Shown here: positions 54,701 through 64,000 of the stretch, one piece after another | Layout: each line of letters opens with the position of its first letter | Numbering within the stretch: the first letter of the stretch is position 1 | Assembly (NCBI GenBank): GCA_964016885.1 | Contig: OZ024743.1 | Coordinates: 291,524,001 to 291,588,000, forward strand | Source of the DNA: Eledone cirrhosa | Lineage: Eukaryota | Direction of reading: 5' to 3' | DNA: 64,000 bases | Translations under genes and position numbers: made by a program | The notes under the pieces: model-generated | The model's database searches: none | Told to the model about the DNA's origin: nothing | The model's input: the letters and a program-made list of their open reading frames with translations, nothing else

Positions 54701-57700
54701 ATACATATATATATACATATGCATACAGGTACACATACATATATGCACGTATCAGTTTAGCGGCGCTAACGTCGCTTTGTTCGTTTGTAAACAAACTGAA
54801 CAGCCTGAATTTATGCCATACGGTGTTAAGGCAACCACGTCACCTTTTTGTTCAACACTGACACAGGAACGATGTACTAGTTTCAAGCTTGTTAGCTATC
54901 ATCAGCACCGTTTACCCATCTGCCAGATAGTTGAACGTTCGAAAGTATATACTTTCCTTATGAAAATTAACGGCTGAGCAGCCTAATTTGCATATTGAGT
55001 GAGTTAAATCGGTCAGGCATACCGAAAACGATAAATTGAAACAAAATGAAAACGAAATTTCATTTCTCACTCTTAGTATGGCACTTACTTAAATGTAAGT
55101 ATGCATGTATACGTACATACATATATGTATACAGACGTACAGTAGCATGCACATATATATATATACATATATATATACATATGCATACAGGTACACATAC
55201 ATATATGCACGTATCAGTTTAGCGGCGCTAACGTCGCTTTGTTCGTTTGTAAACAAACTGAACAGCCTGAATTTATGCCATACGGTGTTAAGGCAACCAC
55301 GTCACCTTTTTGTTCAACACTGACACAGGAACGATGTACTAGTTTCAAGCTTGTTAGCTATCATCAGCACCGTTTACCCATCTGCCAGATAGTTGAACGT
55401 TCGAAAGTATATACTTTCCTTATGAAAATTAACGGCTGAGCAGCCTAATTTGCATATTGAGTGAGTTAAATCGGTCAGGCATACCGAAAACGATAAATTG
55501 AAACGAAATGAAAACGAAATTTCATTTCTCACTCTTAGTATGGCACTTACTTAAATGTAAGTATGCATGTATACGTACATACATATATGTATACAGACGT
55601 ACAGTAGCATGCACATATATATATATACATATATATATACATATGCATACAGGTACACATACATATATGCACGTATCAGTTTAGCGGCGCTAACGTCGCT
55701 TTGTTCGTTTGTAAACAAACTGAACAGCCTGAATTTATGCCATACGGTGTTAAGGCAACCACGTCACCTTTTTGTTCAACACTGACACAGGAACGATGTA
55801 CTAGTTTCAAGCTTGTTAGCTATCATCAGCACCGTTTACCCATCTGCCAGATAGTTGAACGTTCGAAAGTATATACTTTCCTTATGAAAATTAACGGCTG
55901 AGCAGCCTAATTTGCATATTGAGTGAGTTAAATCGGTCAGGCATACCGAAAACGATAAATTGAAACAAAATGAAAACGAAATTTCATTTCTCACTCTTAG
56001 TATGGCACTTACTTAAATGTAAGTATGCATGTATACGTACATACATATATGTATACAGACGTACAGTAGCATGCACATATATATATATACATATATATAT
56101 ACATATGCATACAGGTACACATACATATATGCACGTATCAGTTTAGCGGCGCTAACGTCGCTTTGTTCGTTTGTAAACAAACTGAACAGCCTGAATTTAT
56201 GCCATACGGTGTTAAGGCAACCACGTCACCTTTTTGTTCAACACTGACACAGGAACGATGTACTAGTTTCAAGCTTGTTAGCTATCATCAGCACCGTTTA
56301 CCCATCTGCCAGATAGTTGAACGTTCGAAAGTATATACTTTCCTTATGAAAATTAACGGCTGAGCAGCCTAATTTGCATATTGAGTGAGTTAAATCGGTC
56401 AGGCATACCGAAAACGATAAATTGAAACAAAATGAAAACGAAATTTCATTTCTCACTCTTAGTATGGCACTTACTTAAATGTAAGTATGCATGTATACGT
56501 ACATACATATATGTATACAGACGTACAGTAGCATGCACATATATATATATACATATATATATACATATGCATACAGGTACACATACATATATGCACGTAT
56601 CAGTTTAGCGGCGCTAACGTCGCTTTGTTCGTTTGTAAACAAACTGAACAGCCTGAATTTATGCCATACGGTGTTAAGGCAACCACGTCACCTTTTTGTT
56701 CAACACTGACACAGGAACGATGTACTAGTTTCAAGCTTGTTAGCTATCATCAGCACCGTTTACCCATCTGCCAGATAGTTGAACGTTCGAAAGTATATAC
56801 TTTCCTTATGAAAATTAACGGCTGAGCAGCCTAATTTGCATATTGAGTGAGTTAAATCGGTCAGGCATACCGAAAACGATAAATTGAAACGAAATGAAAA
56901 CGAAATTTCATTTCTCACTCTTAGTATGGCACTTACTTAAATGTAAGTATGCATGTATACGTACATACATATATGTATACAGACGTACAGTAGCATGCAC
57001 ATATATATATATACATATATATATACATATGCATACAGGTACACATACATATATGCACGTATCAGTTTAGCGGCGCTAACGTCGCTTTGTTCGTTTGTAA
57101 ACAAACTGAACAGCCTGAATTTATGCCATACGGTGTTAAGGCAACCACGTCACCTTTTTGTTCAACACTGACACAGGAACGATGTACTAGTTTCAAGCTT
57201 GTTAGCTATCATCAGCACCGTTTACCCATCTGCCAGATAGTTGAACGTTCGAAAGTATATACTTTCCTTATGAAAATTAACGGCTGAGCAGCCTAATTTG
57301 CATATTGAGTGAGTTAAATCGGTCAGGCATACCGAAAACGATAAATTGAAACAAAATGAAAACGAAATTTCATTTCTCACTCTTAGTATGGCACTTACTT
57401 AAATGTAAGTATGCATGTATACGTACATACATATATGTATACAGACGTACAGTAGCATGCACATATATATATATATATATATACATATGCATACAGGTAC
57501 ACATACATATATGCACGTATCAGTTTAGCGGCGCTAACGTCGCTTTGTTCGTTTGTAAACAAACTGAATAGCCTGAATTTATGCCATACGGTGTTAAGGC
57601 AACCACGTCACCTTTTTGTTCAACACTGACACAGGAACGATGTACTAGTTTCAAGCTTGTTAGCTATCATCAGCACCGTTTACCCATCTGCCAGATAGTT

Positions 57701-57873
57701 GAACGTTCGAAAGTATATACTTTCCTTATGAAAATTAACGGCTGAGCAGCCTAATTTGCATATTGAGTGAGTTAAATCGGTCAGGCATACCGAAAACGAT
57801 AAATTGAAACAAAATGAAAACGAAATTTCATTTCTCACTCTTAGTATGGCACTTACTTAAATGTAAGTATGCA

Positions 57874-58091
<218 letters not shown>

Positions 58092-58394
58092 GAGAGAGAA
58101 AAGATGAAGTTGGAAATAGCACGGGTCTGTTTTTCTTTTTTGATTCGTCATTGTGACATTATCAAAAATATAGTGTTATTAAAAAGATAATGTTATTAAA
58201 AAACGAGAGGGACAATTCTTTTTTTTTAAATGTGTTTATGAAGTATATAAAGTATATGAGAAAATTATCGGTTTCGATGTATTAAGATACATCTTGTCAG
58301 ATTCAGTAAAAAAGGTTAATTAAAAAGAGTTGGTACGAGTAAAGGAAGGTTTAAAATTAAACTCAAAATCGAATGTTTGAGTAAAATTTCTTCC

Positions 58395-58446
58395 ATCATG
58401 CTTCCTGAAAAGTTGGCTCATTTCCAACTTTTCAGGAAGCATGATG
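58395..58446. repeat. Perfect hairpin with ~23-bp arms
   Basis: CATCATGCTTCCTGAAAAGTTGG / CCAACTTTTCAGGAAGCATGATG. Confidence 0.8.
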
Positions 58447-58467
58447 CTTGATTTAGCAGGAAGAGGG

Positions 58468-58503
58468 TCTTAACGTTTCAGACGCTAGTTCTTCATCAGA
58501 AGA
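58468..58503 (-). ncRNA. Minimal type I hammerhead
   Basis: TCTT-CTGATGA-AGA ACTAGCG TCT-GAAA-CG-TT-AAGA: palindrome AACGTT, GUU site. Lies downstream of the PLE RT on the same strand. Confidence 0.8.
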
Positions 58504-59019
58504 ATAAATGAGATATAAGATAGATTGAGGGGACGGGTTGGTTGGAACTGGAAAAAATGTCTTTAGATAAAAATAACAGGTCAATTCATGTTGACGTTTC
58601 TTGCAAAACTGTTGGTGCTGGCGTATTGTGCATGATTTATTTTTTTAGAAAAGTGGATGATGGAGCGCGTCTACCTGAAATGGAAAAAGAACCCTTTCGT
58701 AAAAACAGCTATACTTGTGCATATATGTGTGTGTGTGTGTGTGGGGGTGTGTTATTATACGTCCGTACGATGCTAAGAAGAAATGTGTGTGTATATGTGA
58801 GTAAAAGAGTATGTGTGTGTGTGCATATAAGTACGAAGCTATGAGCAAAAGTATGTTAATATAACGGTGTGTATGTGTATATACAGAGCAGTGAAGGAAA
58901 AGTGGAGTCAGTATATATAATCGGCCTGTATTAGTTGTAAGATTAGATGTTAATGATCAAGAGAAAGCGATAGGAATCTAGGGGGATAATAATGGACGGG
59001 GTATTAGAGAAATTGGGGA

Positions 59020-59850
59020 GGTCAGTTGAGTCCAAGAGGAGAATAGGACCCAGGTTGTTGAATCAAACTTTGCTCAGTGCTGGTGCGCGAGGGCTGTGAT
59101 ATATGATGTAAAAGGACATCCAGGACTGAAAAGAATAGGGAAGAATGACCAGGAGAACAGAAATGACGGACGACAGAAATATCGTGATAGAGAGGTGGCG
59201 CCGATGCAGTCGTCGATATAACGACCGTACAGCGGAAAAGTCGGTCCAGCGTACTGGGAGAAGATCTGGGCGTCGACGTAGCCAACAAACAAGTTGGCAT
59301 AGTTTGGACCCATGTTGGTTCCCATCGCTACCAGAAAAAGAAAAGCCATCGAGGGTCAGAACAAGCTCAGCCAGACGGAGAAGAGTGGTAGTGCTGGGGT
59401 AAGGGGTAGGGCGTAAATCTAAAAAAAAATGTTGGAGAGCGCGGAAGCCATCATCCCTCACGATGGCGGTATAGAGAGAGGTGATGTCCATGGTAAAGAG
59501 AAAGCGGGAGGGACCAGGAGTGAAGGAGAAGGAGGTGAAGAATCTAAGGGCATGATTTGTATCGTGCATTTGGGAGGGGAGATTGCCGACCAACCGGGCG
59601 AGGAAGGTGTCTAAATATTCAGAAATTATCTCAGTGGGGCAGTTGTACGCAGAAACGATAGGAAGGCCGGGATTATTTTGTTTGTGTATTTTTAGAAGGA
59701 AGTAGATGGTGGGTGTGCGAGGGGTGCTTACAATAAGGTTCAGGACTGTAGGTGGTATGAGATAGGAGGAGATGAGCTCGTGGATGGTGGAGGACACGAA
59801 CCGTTGGTAGCCAGGACTGGGGTCGGAGGATAAAGGGGGGTAAAACACGG
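59020..59850 (-). mobile_element. Penelope-like element RT fragment (Penelope/Poseidon-like), with internal deletions
   Basis: [54 protein letters not shown]. Confidence 0.9.
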
Positions 59851-59908
59851 TTATATATATCAAGATATATATATATATAAATATATATATATATGCATAT
59901 ATATATAT

Positions 59909-59997
<89 letters not shown>

Positions 59998-60039
59998 CGA
60001 TATTAACAAATGGAAACTATATTTATAAAACCCTATTTA

Positions 60040-60100
60040 TTTCATTATACATATTTCAAGGATACCAAGTTAAATTATGGTATGCCTTCATCAGACAAAA
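60040..60100 (-). ncRNA. Type I hammerhead candidate
   Basis: TTTTGT-CTGATGA-AGG C ATACCA...TGGTAT C CTT-GAAA-TATGTA-TA-ATGAAA; stem I has two G.U pairs. Confidence 0.6.
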
Positions 60101-60287
60101 TACAATATATATCAGTTTTATAAATAAACATTGACGTACCCTTTCAAAATTCGACCATTACTTTTGGAGGACATCAGGACAATTTCTCTAATACCCCGTC
60201 CATATCCACTCCAAATACTTGTCGAGTGCTTAATATCAGTTATAAAAATATTTACTTGTTGTACCCCAACAATTTAAATAGAACTTT

Positions 60288-60420
<133 letters not shown>

Positions 60421-60606
60421 TTGCACAACAAATCAGTATATTAGCAAACCATACACGAGGCGCACGTTTTTTTTAACCTGTGTATGGCTGTATCATCGAG
60501 TATGGAGTGCTAATTTTTCATGGAACTAATTCTATACCCGACTCGTCTTTGGACTCCGTGCTCTACCTAGTATGGATAGAGCCTCCTTGTTTATTCCCAC
60601 TGTATA

Positions 60607-60691
<85 letters not shown>

Positions 60692-60710
60692 ATATATATA
60701 TATGTATATA

Positions 60711-60903
60711 TAACGAAGGATGTGGTAAGGAACCAGGTGGACCATAACGCACCAAAGTACTCAATACTTGGGGTAGTAGAGTGGGTAATAGGAACCGGTA
60801 AGACCCCGACGGCTGAGCTCAAGCCGTTTCGACGGCTAATTCTGGACTGAATTAGCCGTCGAAACGGCTTGAGCTCAGCCGTCGGGGTCTTACCGGTTCC
60901 TAT
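60711..60903 (+). mobile_element. Head+hairpin short element with perfect ~55-bp arms
   Basis: ATAGGAACCGGTAAGACCCCGACGGCTGAGCTCAAGCCGTTTCGACGGCTAATTC tggact GAATTAGCCGTCGAAACGGCTTGAGCTCAGCCGTCGGGGTCTTACCGGTTCCTAT. Confidence 0.8.
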
Positions 60904-60971
60904 ATGTATATATATATATATATATTTTGGCGCGATCACTTTGGAAAATTAAATGTCTAATTTTGAGTTCG

Positions 60972-61045
60972 CTCCTGATGAGTCCGAAACTCTGGACATA
61001 TCCTGTTATTGGATGTCTTAAAATACGGACGAAACCATGGTAGAG
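60972..61045 (+). ncRNA. Type I hammerhead with a hairpin inserted in loop 2
   Basis: CTC-CTGATGA-GTCCG...(GACATATCC/GGATGTC)...CGGAC-GAAA-CCATG-GTA-GAG. Confidence 0.85.
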
Positions 61046-61626
61046 ATAATTTCGGTATGTACACATTTCTTCTAAGTTTGAATTTACACCTAATTGTGCA
61101 TGGTTGACGGTATATTTAGTCACTTTCTACATGCTGTTGAAATGTTGGATAAATACCCTATCGGGGCCACCGCGAAGAGGCCGCTTTCGGTTATTTGTCG
61201 AACATTTCTTCATAGGAGCCTTTATTCTTATAGCTTGGTCTAATTGATTTTTTATATGGTTAATTATGCTAATTGAGAGAGGAAATGGTACATATTTTAT
61301 CTAGTGATCCTAAGAACATGATTTATGATATATTGCTCTGATTATTTAATTTATTAATTCTTCATTGAGCCACAACGTGACCGGTTGCAAAACATATATA
61401 TCTATGACTTTATGTATATGTAAACATTTATATTTAAAAATCTGCCGTTAGGTTGAGATACAATTGGGCGATATTGGGCTGCGCTTTCTAGCAACAACCT
61501 ACCCGCCGTAAGCAACTAATCACATTTTTTCTAACTTGACCACTGCCACGTCACGATTCTTAGCCATTTTTGAATCTATTTTTGGCGCGATCACTTTGGA
61601 AAATTAAATGTCTAATTTTGAGATCG

Positions 61627-61700
61627 CTCCTGATGAGTCCGAAACACTCGACATATCCTGTTATTGGATGTCTTAAAATACGGACGAAACTATGGTAGAG
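61627..61700 (+). ncRNA. Second tandem hammerhead copy
   Basis: As 60972-61045, with stem III ACTATGGT. Confidence 0.8.
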
Positions 61701-61980
61701 ATAATTACGGTATATACACATTTCTTGTAAGTTTGGATTTACACCTAATTGTGTATGGTTGACGGTATATTTAGTCAGTTTCTACATGCTGTTGAAATGT
61801 TGGATAAATACTCTATCGGGGTAACCCCGAAGAGGCCGCTTTCGGTTATTTGTCAGAAATTTCTTCATAGGAGCCATTATTCTTATAGCTTGGTCTAATT
61901 GATTTTGTATATGGTTAATTATGCTAATTGGGAGAGGAAATGGTACATATTTTATCTAGTGAATCTAAGGACATGATTTA

Positions 61981-62067
<87 letters not shown>

Positions 62068-62069
<2 letters not shown>

Positions 62070-62496
62070 ATTTACAAGAATCAAAGCTATGTTCAAAGCA
62101 TTTATTCACTTACAATTGTTTCATCCAAACCTCGGCTTGGAGTCTTCGGAGCATTTTTCAATGTTTGTACATAATTGACCTCCTTTCCGACGCAAGAGAC
62201 ATACAGATACATATATATATATTGATGTACAGTGACATATATTACACTATACTATTTGTGTACAGCTATTCAAATTCAAGATCAAAATCAAAATCAAAAT
62301 TAAAATAAAAATCAAAATTACAATATTAAAATACATTCGGCAGATAACACAGATAATGGATGAGGATAGTTTGATAGTCAGATCTAGTAGGTAGTGTATG
62401 CGTTAGTTACACGTGGAGCATGCAAGTGTGTCTCATTTTTATACGATTATTGTGTGAATAAATGCTTTGAACATAGCTTTGATTCTTGTGAATTCT
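62068..62496. mobile_element. Element with ~40-bp inverted ends and a mutated HHR at 62107-62153 (-)
   Basis: GAATTTACAAGAATCAAAGCTATGTTCAAAGCATTTATTCAC is mirrored at ~62454-62495. HHR: TGCT-CCGAAGA-CTCCAAGC CGAG GTTTGGAT-GAAA-CAATTG-TA-AGTG, with a U4C core change. Confidence 0.65.
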
Positions 62497-64000
62497 ATAT
62501 AACTGCTCTGTAGAACAACTGATGTTATTACATTGAGCTATTTATGTTACTGGTAATAAGGTAGTAATAAATTACTGACCTTCACTGTTTAAGGTTTAAA
62601 ATATACATAACTATAAAAAGTTTAATATATACATAACCATAAATAGTATCCTTAATATTATAGATATATATACAGAGAGATAGAGAGAGGGGGGAGTGAG
62701 GGAGAGATTGAGAGAGATTTTCCCTACGATCATAGATGCCTGTGTTTCTGTAATACTAATTCATAAGATTAATCCTGTTAGTCATATATTACCATAGTTT
62801 TGCAAAATTATCATCATAGTTTAGCCTAAAGCCATCTTCAGTACTGCAAAAACGTGTTCATTTGCTTTCCAGCACTAAACAACAGGATATTTCTCAGTCC
62901 ATTTTCTAAAACATCACTTTCTAAACAAAGCAGGACCAATGAAAAAAAAACACTGACTAATATATATCTGTATTATACATATTTATCTCCAGTAAGCTAG
63001 TGTCAACATTCCAGTGGGAAGTGCCATATTCCACTTATGAAAGCGCGAAGAAACCCTTAAATGGAAATGCTATCAGGCTTCACCTTCAATTTATTTTCCT
63101 CCTAGCTTCACACTCAGACTGTTGGTGATTATCTTTGAATGCTTTTCTAATGTCGATTTAATTTAAAATATATAGTATAAATAGATTGCACAAATAACTG
63201 TCTAATATATGTTTAGAAAGAAGTATTATATTCAGTTATATCTTAACCGATCGATGGTGATTTGTCCATTTCTTTACCCCGTTATTTTTCGGTGTGATAG
63301 TCAGCTTTGACATTTTTCATGTTTATTATACTTCAACATTTGTCAATTGTGTATAGAAACCATTCTAATATCGTGTATCTTCTTGCCTGAACGTCAGCTA
63401 GAAAAGTGAATTGTGTAACTTTGCAATGTATAGTTTATTGCAAACTTTCATGTCATTTACCAAATCTAAACACGATATAGGCGTATATAAGCCGATAGAA
63501 TCTGCTTAAATAGAATCTTCTGTGAAAAGAGCTTCTGTGTTATCGCTTTCAAACCAATTCTTAGCACTATTTCTTTAGATATTCAGATTTCTTCTATTCA
63601 ACAAATCCAATGACTTGGAACGGAATCTGTCGACTAGAAATATATATAGCAGCAGCAACATCAGAAATCCGGCAATGATTTTATTCCCATATAATGCCTT
63701 TTGGGGAGGTTATCTTTCTTTGAGTGGAAAGAAATTAAACAGTTAATGTAGACACGTTAAAATATTGTACTATTTCGTACCTTTAACACACACGAATATG
63801 AATGTGAATCAGCATAAGAGCAACATCAGATTCTAGAACAACGTAATATTCGTTAAAGTATATGCTAAACTTGTGTACTCGATTTATGTAGAACAGAAGT
63901 AATAGCAGTAAAAACTACGAAACAGTTAATCCTAATATCCCTTAAACTTTGATCTCTCATTATTGTATGTAACAATAAAATAGAGAAACTGAGAAACAAT

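Larger units (their letters stand above)
60924..61985 (+). repeat. Tandem 655-bp pLTR-like repeat (about 1.6 copies), relative of 928-1850
   Basis: GGCGCGATCACTTTGG occurs at 60929 and 61584. Shares TAATTATGCTAATTGGGAGAGGAAATGG and other blocks with 928-1850. TA-flanked. Confidence 0.85.

Noticed and set aside
45021-57571. Repeated 66-131 aa ORFs in the array (MYTYIHIC..., MFVCKQTEQ...)
   Set aside because: They arise from repeat periodicity and microsatellite content, lie antisense to the ribozyme, show no domain motif and shift frame between units.

Overview
Gene-free, AT-rich, microsatellite-dense animal DNA; the SINE types and (TA)n density suggest an octopus/cephalopod, which is an inference. 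I could not support any host protein-coding exon. The window consists of decayed retroelements (three Penelope-like elements (PLEs), an RTE-group LINE, an L1/Tx1-group LINE), tRNA-derived SINEs, a bipartite RTE-derived non-autonomous element and an intron-containing tRNA pseudogene. The main result is a hammerhead-ribozyme (HHR) system. The 12.9-kb tandem array at 44947-57874 has 28 units of about 462 bp. Each unit carries a minimal type I HHR on the minus strand (CUGAUGA...GAAA, palindromic stem III ACUAGU, GUA cleavage site; core mutated in one unit) about 75 nt downstream of an ATGCAAAT octamer. The whole array is bracketed by a ~110-bp+(TA)n direct duplication. This resembles a non-LTR retrozyme or newt satellite-2-type element. 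Dispersed and inverted copies of the same family occur at 2.7, 25-26.6 and 32 kb. About ten further, unrelated HHR families sit in (TA)n-flanked tandem or fold-back elements, and two autonomous-type retroelements show matching twin-priming-style inversions at (TA)n. All ribozyme calls come from manual base-pairing, not from a folding program or an assay.
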